A DNA stretch of 64,000 bases from Podarcis bocagei (Eukaryota). The DNA is taken from NCBI GenBank assembly GCA_964188305.1, contig OZ076889.1; one strand, 5' to 3'. Every line of letters begins with the position of its first letter. The stretch's first letter is position 1. Shown here piece by piece: positions 1 through 12,296 of this stretch. Under the pieces are notes generated by a model, which worked only from the letters and a program-made list of their open reading frames with translations, was not told the origin of the DNA and did not search any database. The position numbers and the translations under genes were made by a program.

Positions 1-2228
1 GTTAGAGATGAACCTGGCAATAACACTTCTTTAGGCCTGTCAGCCAATTAAATAATGTTTAGTTGATTAATCAACTGCCTTTTAACTGAAGGTTGAATCT
101 AGTCATACTCAAGAGTAGACTTTGTGAAAGGATTTAAGTTAGTCTTGCTCAACCAATTACACGAATAGTAAGCTGAATGACCCACTCGGCCAAAGGCAAC
201 CCAACAGCCAGAGCAAAACATCCCTCCTCCCCGAGATGCAGTGGGGCTTATTTCACTTTATTCATTTGCTCATCTTTCCAGGAGGCCCACTGCTACCATT
301 TTAAAGTATCATAACTTGACGCAGTTTATCGCACTAGTACATTGCATATGTAGCACAGCCATGAAAAGAGACCTCACAAACACAAACTTGTCTAGACTTA
401 TATATAACACAACCCTTTCTGCAATCCAGTTTCAGGCAGCTCTTGTGACTGAGGGGGAAAATCACCCCGGGGTGAGCTAAAACAAGATCACCTCTGGGTG
501 TCCAGAGTAAAGATGGAGCAAGCAAGGTGGGGGCTTGTGACAGTTAGTTGCCACTCATGACTTCAGAGGCTGGCGTGTGGGTGGTGCTTTCTGCCTCCCT
601 TCTCATAGAATGGAATCGTGGTGCTGAAGAGTTTGTAGCAGCAGTGGGAGATCTCTGGCTCATGGGCCTAATTATGCCCACCAGGCCATTTAGGGGAAAA
701 ACATGTCAGCCAGTTAATCACCTGGCATCATATGATTTGAGGTGCTGCACAAGTAAAGTTGAGATGCCAGCTTGAAAAAGAAGACTCAAAAGTGTTCTCT
801 TATGGGTGCTCCTATTCTTGCTTCCCAGCCTCTGCTTGAATTGGGCACTCTCTGAATCCAGCACCCTTTTCTCTTGCCCTGCATAGCAACAGAAAGTGCC
901 AGGTTCAAAAAGCGCCAAACTCAAGCTGACTAATTTCTCTATTTTTAACTTTTATTATTCTGTGCATGTTTTATTTAAATGTATAATCTCCTGCAGCCCT
1001 CACTGGAGCAGTGTTTCTGGTTTTAATGTGCAGTGTTCTGGGGGAGAGAGAAGGAAGGAATAATAAATGTATTCAAGGGTAGAGTGTCGATGAAGGTTTT
1101 CAGAATATCAGCAAAATTAGTTCTGCCTTAGAAGTGATGCATTTCGGACAAACTGGAGATTGGCATCAGGTTTTCTGCCTAGGTTTCGAAAGAGCAACTC
1201 CTGAAAAGCCAGTTATTATGCATCCCTGGTTGGTAGAACATGGAGTGATATGTGATGATTGAAATTAAATGTGGCTTCAGGCTTTAAATGTTAGTTCTCA
1301 ACTTATCCAGGACCAGAGTCCAGAGCCTTGGGAGTGACTGATGGGGGTGGGGTCAGACAACCTTAGGAAAATTCCCTGCTAAAAGACTCATTGAATATAA
1401 TGGACCGAACTCAACTGTGTGTGAAACTTAGTTGACTACCACCCTCTATTTTGTGTGTGTGTTAAGCAAGGATGGGAAAGCCTTCAGCCCATTCATCTTA
1501 TTGAGACATTATAATTGGGCTCCCATGCAGCTGCTATTTGCTGAAGTTTAATAAAACTGGGATTCTATTTCTGCATCTCGTCTGGTCTGCTTTGGCCCTA
1601 GGCATTTTGGGCAGGCTGTAGCCAACCATTTGACAGAGGAGGAGGTACAAAATAGTATGTAGCTAATTATAGGTAGTCTAAGAAATTCAAAATAAAGTTA
1701 TGTCAGCTGTAATGCTGCACACACTTTCTTTGGACTAAGTCCCACTGAGCTCAGTGGGGCTTACTTTTGAGTAAACGTGCATAGGATTGGGGCATTCATT
1801 CAATTAGCATTTTAAAGAAATTCCCATTTTAATATTAATAAGCATAAGTACCAAGAGCTTGTCAAATATCCCCAAAGCTTTTGCATTTATTGCTCAGGAG
1901 CCTGGAAGCAGTTTTTCTTCTTAATGAGCAATTTGGTAGAATACTGCATGTGGGTTTTTTTTTGTTATATCTCCTAAAAGTGAAAGGCCTGCTAAAGGCT
2001 AACAGTGTATCTATTTAGAAGTAAGTCCTATTGAATTCAGTAGGACTTACTCCCATGTAAATGGGATTAGGGTTCCATCCTTAGTGTTTGTCCTCTTTCA
2101 ATATGAAAGCCCAGCATCAAGGGAAAGGCCCTTGAACAGACAAAGCCTGACCATGGTTAGGGACTTGGGTAGGTTGTGAAATAATATTAAAAAAATGAGT
2201 TAGTATTTCATTCCAGTCATCATGTATA

Positions 2229-2470
2229 CAGTGGTACCTCGGGTTAAGTACTTAATTCGTTCCGGAGGTCCAGTCTTAGCCTGAAACTGTTCTCAACCTG
2301 AAGCACCACTTTAGCTAATGGGGCCTCCCGCTGCTGCTGCGCTGCTGGAGCACAATTTCTGTTCTTATCCTGAAGCAAAGTTCTTAACCCAAGGTAATAT
2401 TTCTGGGTTAGCGGAGTCTGTAACCTGAAGCATATGTAACCTGAAGCGTATGTAACCTGAGGTACCACTG
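2229..2470. mobile_element. Tc1/mariner (Tigger/pogo-like) MITE
   Basis: TA|CAGTGGTACCTC...GAGGTACCACTG|TA terminal inverted repeats with TA target duplication. Confidence 0.88.
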
Positions 2471-3564
2471 TAATTCCATGTCCCACCCCTGGGGTACATA
2501 TGAAGCGCATTTTCATATATCAAAGTGTTGCTCTTTCAGACCCCACCCACCAGAAAATCATTTTCTAGAAATGACCAATTCTCCCAGTGTCATCTTTGAG
2601 AGCGCGGAGCATGCTGAAACTCCTTCATCTCTTTTCATTTGCTCAATGGGATCAGTAATAGCTGCAGAACAGAATAGCTGTATTTTTATTTAATTTATGC
2701 TGATATAGATCCTGACTATTGGCTCCAGGAGACTCATACCTGTTTTTTGCCTAAAGTAATTAGGATCAGTTGCTGCTGCTGCTCGGTACTTCTAGCTAGC
2801 AGTGTTGGATCTACGAATTTTGCCAAAGGGGGCAAAAGTCTGTACTGCCGCCCACCCCAGCAAGAAGGAAGCCTGCCTGGGGCAGTGATCAATGGATGGA
2901 GGAGCTGGTTTGCTTGAGGCTCTTTTTCCTCCTCCCCCCCCTTCCCTGTTTTTGTATGGTGGAACCTCAACACACACACACACAAGCTGGGAAGCTCTGA
3001 CTCTGAGCTTGTCCTGGTCTGCTGGCCAAGTTCAGGTTCAGCTTCCCCAGCAGGACTTGAGTAGCAGCAGAGGTGGATTTAGCCAAGCATGACTGGTTCA
3101 CCTGCACTGAATGTCGAAACAATGACTTAGAACGGAAGGCAAGAGGCTGTGTGTGTGTGTGCTTGCGCATATGCCGAATTTCAGCGTGGCACAGGGCACT
3201 GCTGAAATTTGAAAGCCCCAAGTCTGCCACTGGCACCAGGCCCCTCTTTCTCCCCTTTGCGTCCCATCTGCTTCAGCTTCTCACCTTCCTCTTCTTGGGG
3301 TGGGCAAGGAGGAAGGACTTTCTATAGCCACTCAGCAGTTTTTCCTCTCCACTAACCTGCCACGCAGGGCATATGCTCCTTTTCACCACCCCGTTTGATT
3401 CAGGCCTGTCAGTTAATGCTTAGGCAGATGCTTATGATGGAACAAAAAAACCCAAACCCCTCAACCAAGTCCTTTTTATATTACTCAATGGTCTCACAGA
3501 GGTTTGCAAAGTTCTCTTTTTATGTCTTTGCTATAGGCAGCAAGAAATGGGATAAAACATATGT

Positions 3565-3662
3565 CCCTGTAGCTCAGAGGTAGAACACATGCCTTGCAAC
3601 AGACCCTAGATTCAGACCCTGACATTTCCAGGTTAGGATGAGAAATACTCTTGTCTGAAGCC
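3565..3662 (+). mobile_element. tRNA-derived SINE 5' part, diverged
   Basis: tgtagctcagaggtagaacacatgccttgca...gattcagaccctgacatttccaggttagg. Confidence 0.5.
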
Positions 3663-4275
3663 GCCTCTTGAGATCTCATTGGACTCCATCAACCCCATGC
3701 AGCATAACCAGTGGTCAAGGACGACGGGAGCTGTAGTCGAACAACATTTAAAGGGTCACAGGTTCCCCTCCCTGGCCTAAGGCCAGATAAAACCGCAGAC
3801 TAATTCCTATATTTCTGAATTAAGAGGACTCTTTTAAAGAAACAAAAACGGTTGTTTTTGCTTGCTTTTGTAGATCGTAAATATTGAGGTGAGACAAAAA
3901 GTGTTCTGTATTGGAAACACTGATAAAAGCTCCTGCTGATGTATAGGACAATTACATTGAGAAATATTTGCTGCTGCATTTATAAGTCTTAATATCGCCC
4001 TTTTCACTGTACATCTTGTGCATCAATGAGTTTTCAGCTTCTCCTCACTCTTTTATAACCTTGGTCTAGTAAGGCAACTGTAATTGGTTATGTGCTACAG
4101 TTATCACCCGTACACTGATGACTGTGTGTTTCCTCTTACCGGAAGCCTGGACTTAGCTGTCCTTGCTTTACTAGATTTATTTGATATTCAGATAAACACC
4201 TGCATTTCCCACTCCACCCCCACCCCCATTAGCCTCACCATATGCTGTATGAGTAAACTCTTGAATATGTAAGTA

Positions 4276-4516
4276 CAGTGGTACCTCGGTTTACGAACTT
4301 AATCCATTCTGGAAGTCCATTCTTAAACCAAAACCATTCTTAAACTGAGGCGCGCTTTCCCTAATGAGGCCTCCCGCTGTCGGTGCCCTTCCATCATTCA
4401 GATTCTGTTCTTAGACTGAGGTAAAGTTCTCAAACCAAGACACTGTTTCCGGTTTTGCGGAGTTTGTAAACCAAATTGTTCTTAAACCGGACTGTTCTTA
4501 AACCGAGGTACCACTG
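4276..4516. mobile_element. Tc1/mariner MITE (related subfamily)
   Basis: TA|CAGTGGTACCTCGGTTTA...TAAACCGAGGTACCACTG|TA. Confidence 0.88.
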
Positions 4517-5440
4517 TACTGTGACAGAGGAGCACTGGTCTCCTGCTTCTCTATTTCTGTGAGCAAAGCCCTCGCAGCTTCCCCACCCAGCTGGCTATCT
4601 CACAAGAGAAAGATTAAAACTGTCTGACGGAAAGTTGGGAAAATCTGGGTCTTAATTTAAACCCTAAACGACTCCTCAGCCTCTCACCTTACTCTGACAA
4701 AGTATCTCCCATTTACCTATAAAATGTGACTTGAGGTCTGATTGGTCATTGGGCAGGAATCCCATGAAAAGGTACTCTAGGATCATTCCCTTTGTTCTTG
4801 CTTCCCCACCTGTGCAAGGCCTGTGACCTTTCTGCATCAGGGCCACACAGCATTTTGCTATGCACTGGGAAGCTGACCATTCTTGCAGCTTACTCATAAG
4901 CAACTAGAAATACAGTGCTGACTGGTTAGATCAGTTAGGGGTTTGAGCCACCAGGCTCTCATTTTGTTTATAGTATTCTGTTGAACATTTGCCTACTCTC
5001 CTCTTTCTTCTATTCTTAATAGAGTTTCATAACTTGACCACTGAAGTGTGTGCATTTGCCAACCTCAGGATTCTAGTCATCCCCATGCGTCCAGACTGCT
5101 TGGAATTAAAGCTACAAGGAATTTAGGATCAGAGTTCTTTTAGACTAGTACATTAATCTATCCTCTGGGAGACACCAGGAGCAGGGGATTGGCTGGAGGC
5201 ACAAGGTGCATTGGTCCGGGATCCCAGTATCTAATAGTTAATGGGGCAACCCCAGATCCCTCCTTGTTTGGGGTGGCAGGACAGGCTGTAGACTGAAATA
5301 GGTGGTGGCAACCATAAATCAAGAAGGCATAACTGGCTCCCTACTGGGCTGTTGAGTACCCACATACAAGGAAGGGGATCTGTTACGGTACATAGTGCTA
5401 CTTCAGATTCTTGATCATGAGGTCAGTTTCTGTAGAGCTA

Positions 5441-5800
5441 AGAACATAGGAAGAGCCCTGCTGGATCAGGCTGAAGGTCCGTCTACTCCAACATTCGGTT
5501 ATCTCAGTGATGGTGCCTGTTGGAAAGTTTACAAGCAAGACATGAGCACTAGAGCAATCTCTGCACTCATATTCCTCAGTGATGGGTATTCAGAGACATG
5601 GAAGTAGCATACAGCTTTCATGGCTGTTTGCCATGGACAGCCTTACCCTCCATGAATTTATCAAATCACCCCTTTAAAGCTGGTTGCAGCCATCACCATA
5701 CTCTAATTATCTGTTGTAAGAATAAGTATTTTATTTTGCTGTCCTGAAATTTCCAACGTGCATCCTCATTGAGTGGCCCAAGGTTCTAGGAATATATCAG
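5441..5800 (-). mobile_element. Old CR1 3' fragment
   Basis: agaacataggaagagccctgctggatcagg...ctccatgaattt; related diverged pieces at ~53810-53980 (-) and ~43690-43870 (+). Confidence 0.5.
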
Positions 5801-7801
5801 AGTGAGGAAAGCAAGGTAGAAAATTGTCGTCAAACATCAGGCTTATTAGTCTCATTCTGCCCCTGCAATGCTTCATCAGCTCCCTTACCTTTTCACCCCT
5901 TTCCACTAATAGCCAGGCTTGTCTTTCAGTTGGAGTTGTGTTTTTTTCTGGTCATCATTTTTGATTGGCTGCTTGTCCCACCTGCTTCCTCCTTCTCAGC
6001 TCTCTTCCAGAAGCCCCTCTGCCCTGTGTAAACGTTTCTCCTACACAAACTGACATTTTACTTCCTTCACGTAATTTGCTGCTCAATTGGAACCTGCAGA
6101 AGATAAATGATAGCAATTTATTTTCCAGGTAATGTGCCATTTTTCAAGTCATAATCCCAGCTACTTCCCTTTTGGAACTATGTATATCGCTGTATATTTA
6201 CACTGCACCACCCTCTTCTGCTTTTTGAGATGACTCAGGTCCATATACCTCAATTAAAATCATTCTATTCTGTGGAAATCCTTATCCTCGTTTTTAAAAG
6301 AAGCAGGAGGTCCTGGGAGCTATACTCAATTTTGCAGTGTGTGCTGCTTTTGGCTGCCAAAGCATCCTGTACAACTGGATTTGGCTTGCCGTTCTCAAGT
6401 TTTAGGAATCTCTTTAGACAAGCCACATTGCAGCTTCCAAACTCTAAATAGGTATGAGTCTTGGAGCCTCAGGGGACTGAAAATCCCCTGGTAATTTATT
6501 TTAAATAATACAGGTATTCCCTAATTTACATCATTTTTCTGCATAGATGTCAATCAGTAGTACTGTAGTGCTGATGTAACTTTCATGCTTTATGATTTTG
6601 TATTGCTGGCACATCCTTCCTAACACTTAAGTGCTGCTGCACCTAGTCTTTAGATCAGGTGTTTTGGCATAAAGAAGCTGAACTGAAAAGGCTGCCAATC
6701 ACCGTTGCTATACATGCAATGTTTTATAATTTGCAAGTCTTTGACTTTGTAATGAAGAGCAGCCATGTAGTGGCTGCTTTTAAATCCAGGCACACGAGTG
6801 CTGCTCCTCGTGGGTGAGCATCACGTGCGGTCCCCATTGTGTACCACGTTATTGCAAGACATAGAGGTGTGTAGCAGCCTGTAAGGCAAAGTGTTACAAA
6901 TAACTGATGTGCCAACACTGGACATTCTGCATGAGACACCAGTTTAAAGTGCTCTCTATGTAATGTGTCTGCTTATCATTTGCATCCACACTCAGAGCTT
7001 AGGTATGAAAAGGTATGGAGCCATAGCAAACAGGAGAATGGATCTTGCTGAATTCACTCTGTTGTGGCCTGTCATGGACAATAGCATAAACAGCCTAATT
7101 AGCACTCTTCTTTGTTTTACAAATGTGCAATTATTGCCTCATTAATGAGGCACTGTCCTTTCCAGGATAATGTTTTATTGTTTGAGCTGAAGCCCCGTAG
7201 CAATGAATGAACAATACAGATGACCAACTGAGCAACTGGCAAACGTGTGCAAGTTCGCCTGTTTCTTAAATGTTGTGCTCAAGTGCAACAATGGTTGGCT
7301 TGGTCTGCGGTAATTGTTGCTTCACCAGTAGATCCTTATACATTCTGTGATATATCCACCTGCCCCACCTAGCCCCCTTGTTGCACAACACAGAGCTGTA
7401 ACTTCTGTTTCTCACTTAAAAAAAAAAAATTCCACTCTGAAACACATTGTAGTAATCCTACCACTATGGAGTTAAATTTAGAACCATTTGTCTCCACATT
7501 TAGATTTTTCTTTTCAGTTCCTTTCAGTTTCTGCCCAGTGTATTCCAGCAAAAATTAGTCATTTTTCCTTAAGCCCTATTCAGATGTTTAGCTGAATGCA
7601 TCAGGGCCCAAAGTGTGTGCATGGCTGCATCTTCTCCTAACCTTTCTTTAGAGTGAATGCCTGAAGGGAGAATCCGGCTATATTCAACAGACACTGGTTC
7701 TAAACCTGTGGAGATTGGGAGTGGATATTGGGATAGGAGCAACACATGCTGTTTGGGTGGCGGTGGTGGGGGTGGGGTGGTGCAGTGTACACAACCCAGC
7801 A

Positions 7802-8046
7802 CATAGGTGCCAACTCTGTGAGGCCCTGGTCCCTTTGGTCCTCCAATAGAATATTTAGGGGGAGCTGAACCCTCCCTATTCCCCACAAGTTGGCACCTTC
7901 CTCCCTTGGACAGCCACCTCCCTCCTAGCTGGACACCACCCTCTTTTACAGGCTTGTGTCCTCATGGTGAAGGGAGGTGGTGTGGAGAGAGGGGAGAAGT
8001 GAGGAGAGGCACCCCCCCCAATATTTTCTTCAAGTTGGCATCTGTG
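7802..8046. mobile_element. hAT-like MITE
   Basis: TIR CATAGGTGCCAACT / AGTTGGCATCTGTG with near-duplicated flanks acccagca / accagca. Confidence 0.5.
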
Positions 8047-9825
8047 ACCAGCATCTTGCGCACCTATTCACCACAGACCCCTTGCTAATTTCTTTTGGTA
8101 GAGACAAGAAAAGGGTGGTTCTGACCTTTGTAAAATCCAGTTTGCTAATATCTCAAGGTAGTGCATGCATTTTATACACCCCCCCTGTGCTCACACACGT
8201 TTTGCACACGTTTTCAAAGTTGTTGCTACAGAGATGAAATGGCATACCTTCAATCTCTTCAGTTAAATGAAGAAGTGGTTTAGAGAGGAAACACGTATAG
8301 AAAGAAAATGCTGGAAATTAGTGCTAGGAGAAAGTGAAGTGAAGAATCAACCTGATAAGGAGAACAGGTGGTGAACACGCAATAAATAAAGCTTAAAATG
8401 TTGATTTTGCCTTTTACAGGCTGCTGGTTTCAGAGGCTGAGTGGTGGTTTATGTGTACATGAAGTAAAACTGGAAAAACCAGTAGCTTGGAGGATTTGTA
8501 ACCGACAGGGGCCTAGGCTGTCTAACATTGTGAGGCTCAGCTGAGTTGGAAAAGCCACTTTTAATCCATAAACGGTTGCCCAGGGGTTTCTGAGGATGTA
8601 TGTAGAGAAATGAGGATAGTGGATGCCCTAGATAAGTTTTGTACTATGTGGCCAGGGAAGTCCGGATCCTGCATCAGAAATGTTTCCCTGCTAGCAAAGC
8701 AAGAGAGGAGGGAACACAGGTTAATACTAAAGTACAAGCTTTGTGTGAAACAAGTATCCGGGTTTAGTCCCTGCCATCTGGGCTGGGAAGGACATGTGCC
8801 AGCCAGGATAGAGAATCCCAGCTTGCTTGGACCAGCAGTTTTATTTGCTGTTAAGCAGCATTCCGTGAACTTGCTATTGTGCCATCTCAGACAGGGAAGT
8901 TAGTGAAGAGATCTGATTCTGATAATCAAGGGATGAGGAGAGTTGCCAGCAGAAGTACAGTGAAACCAGAAGATTGCAAACAAGATTGGGCTTCTAACAC
9001 AGTTCCAGGAAACGGACCACTTTTGCTTCATAATAGGCATGTGTCTAATCTTCTCAAAGAATGTCTGCATGCCTCATAAAGACAGGTTGAATTGCTCATT
9101 TAAAAAAGCAAAATGTTCTGAGGAAATAGAACTTGTTTGTATGGTCATCAGTGACAAAACCGCTTGTAAAATGGTATTGAGAGCCACCTCAAACAGCAGA
9201 GATACTTTGGGCATGGGGGAGAAGGAAGTAGAGTTGGAATGGCAGGTACACTCCCAGTGCCAGATTGCAGCCTTGTTTGCTTCCTGGTTCAGAATGCCCG
9301 AAGGAGGAGTACATGGTGAATCCAGATAAGAACTCCTTGTTATTCCTTAGCTGCTTTTACAACCTGTTCCTTACAGAGGCAGCTGGACGGCTTTTAAGAC
9401 TGGCCAATATTTCAACTATGCTTCAGTTATTATTATTCAGTACAAGGTTCTGGGTCCAGCTTTCTGGAGGTAGAATTATTCTGAGTGCATTGGAAGAATG
9501 CTGCAGTTTCCTGAAAATACCCATTTCCACATTTGTGATAAACTTAGCATTCCTTACAGCAGCTAAGTGACCTTTACTGGTATGAAAGCACTTTCTGCTT
9601 AAAAGGGTCTCTTTACTATTGATTGATCATCGCAGGTGGGAGAAAGCAGGGACTGAGAACATGGAAAGCTGCCTTATACCAACCAACTCAGACCACTGTT
9701 CATCCAGCTCAGAGTCATCTACATTGTACACCAGGGGAGGGTGGTTTTGAAGGATCTACCATATTATTGTACTAAAACTCCTGAGATCCCCCAACCAGAG
9801 CCAGGTGCAAAATAAATTTAGCTAA

Positions 9826-10043
9826 GGGCTTATCCACTTCCTGTTGTCCCACTGCTTTCCCCTGGGGAAAAAATGCTCTTTTATTATCAGTCAGAACAAA
9901 TGGCACGGGTTTTTCGTGAACTGCCATTTGTTCCAATTTAAAGCTAAAGAGCAGGTTTTTCTTGGGAAATGAGTGGGGCAAGGGGAAACTTGCTTAGACC
10001 CATGCTTTCTAGGCATGGGGCAAGCAGAAGTGTGGACAAGCCC
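9826..10043. mobile_element. PIF/Harbinger (Tourist-like) MITE
   Basis: TAA|GGGCTTATCCAC...GTGGACAAGCCC|TAA; internal inverted repeat AACAAATGGCA...TGCCATTTGTT. Confidence 0.7.
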
Positions 10044-10226
10044 TAAGAATTAAGGACAAGGTGCCCCTTAACATATGTTCAGCCTAGATTTCCCTGCAGC
10101 CTTTCTTTGTTTCAGCAGCCTAATTTAGGATTTGTGTGTGATATTTTATTTTTATTTTATTTATTTTTTTATTTATACCCCACCCATCTGGCTGGGTTGC
10201 CCCACCTATTTCTGGTGTTGCTATTA

Positions 10227-10452
10227 CAGTGGTACCTCGGGTTAAGAACTTAATTCATTCTGGACATCCGTTCTTAACCTGAAACTGTTCTTAATCTGAG
10301 GTACCACTTTAGCTAATGGTGCCTCCTACTGCTGTCGCGCCGCCGGAGCATGATTTCTGTTCTCATCCTGAAGCAAAGTTCTTAACCTGAGGTACAATTT
10401 CTGGGTTAGCGGAGTCTGTAACCTGAAGCGTCTGTAACCTGAGGTACCACTG
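10227..10452. mobile_element. Tc1/mariner MITE
   Basis: Same TIRs and TA TSD; internal sequence similar to the 2229 copy. Confidence 0.88.
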
Positions 10453-12296
10453 TACTAGACAGTTGGAATCCCTTACCAAGTTCCTGGAAATCACCCAGAG
10501 ATCTGCCAGTAGTTTCCAATGTACCGCCACACCTGCTTGATACTGTCTGGCGGGGTTTCAGACAGAAGTCTTTCCCAGCTCTGCTTGGAGACACTAGGAG
10601 GGTTTTTTAAAAAAGCAACTGCACCAATTGTACCCCCCCACACACACACCAAAATAGCAAAGGCTGAACAAACACAAAGTGTGCTTTACACTCTGTATCA
10701 ATGGCAGTTTCTCCATATGAGCCACTAGTTCTTATAAATGAACCGTCACTATATGGTAGATGAGTCTGCCTTAGTTTGGTGACAGGTGCAAAAACAGGAA
10801 TATTTTAAGAGTAACTACAAGGATAAAATGAAGTGTTACCTGCCAAAAGGTGAAGGTGAAGAAGAGGTGGTTCCCGCCCAAAAGAAGATGTTTTAATCTG
10901 GTTTGGGCAGTTTATTTTAAGTATGGAAATGGAGCACGTTCTACCCTGATACAATTTGGGTACATGCTGTCCTTGACATTTCATGTCAATTAACTGCTTA
11001 ATAAACACTTATGCCTCACATGTCTAATTTCCCCCTTTTTTTTTCAAACTTCACATTATTAGTTTTCTAATGGTACAGTTTCCCCTCAACTCCTCATTTC
11101 TGTCCAACCGCACACTGAAGAAAAGGCTTTGACATAGGGGGTTGAATCTGGGACGTTTTGTATGCAAAACGTAGAGCCGAACAATAGCCCTTCCCCATTG
11201 TGTTAGACCAAATGTGTGTGTTTTAAATTTATCTACCATCTATTTTCTACAGAAGAAAAGTATCTTTTCTTTACATGACTGTTAATTGTTTTTCATAATA
11301 TACCCCTCATTTGTGTTTTAATTTTTTTTCATATTTAGTATATGTTCTTGTCTGGAAAAGTGGTTTGTCAGTAGAATTCTTTTTATTTCTCCCCCTTTTT
11401 CTGACTTACCTGCTATTCATTGCACTCGGGTAGGTTATCCTTACAATGTGCCAAATAAAGAACAGCTCAGGCAAGTGCCAGGAGCAAATGTCAGTCTCTT
11501 GCCAAGGAAAATAAATGGATATGTACAGTAAGCTTATGTCCAGGAGAATTGTCTTGAATCGCACAGAAGTTCTTGCTCATTAAAAGTGGAATTTCCTTAA
11601 TAGCCTGGAAATGTCAAACTCTGTGCTAATCTATTGCTCTTGAGTGATGGGTGTGCACACATACTTGCAGATAGAGGGATGGTGAGCAGACAGAATCATG
11701 TATGCCTTACAGAAAATGGGAATGCAATGACCAAGTTCAGATGTAACATTAGACTATGGTTTAACACTGCATGAATCAGCCTCCTCTCTTCCTGAGCAAC
11801 TCTATTAGTCCCATACAGCCAAGAACATGAGTCCACAGGCTGTTCCTTTTTTGTAAACTGTGACTTCCCATGCTATCTGAAGCAGGAATAATGTTTTCTC
11901 ACTAACTGCACTTAGTTTTCAAACAAGTCAACTTCAAATTATGAGTTATGAAGCTGTATTGATTTTATATAAAAACCCTAACCATAGTTAGTGTTAAACT
12001 ACTATTCTGAGTTTTGACAACGCAGGAAGTCATAGTTTACTGAAAGCAAAGCAAGCGCTTTTATGTTCCTTCTTTTAGCTGTGGGTAGGTGGGGAGAGCC
12101 CTGAAGGAAGGTAGACTCATTCACATTGCTTTTAAACAGTGGTTTAGTGTAACATCCAGACACGACTGAATATATGTGAGCTGCTAATGGCTTGTCCTTC
12201 AGTGTTTTGCCAGGTAAAAAGATACATCTCTCTGCAATCGAAAAAGCACAGGTTGCAATCTCAGTTGGGTATTTAAGTGACAGAATGCATGAAACT

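Noticed and set aside
2229-2470. CRISPR-like repeat array in MITE subrepeats
   Set aside because: No unique spacers, eukaryotic context, explained by TIR-derived subrepeats.
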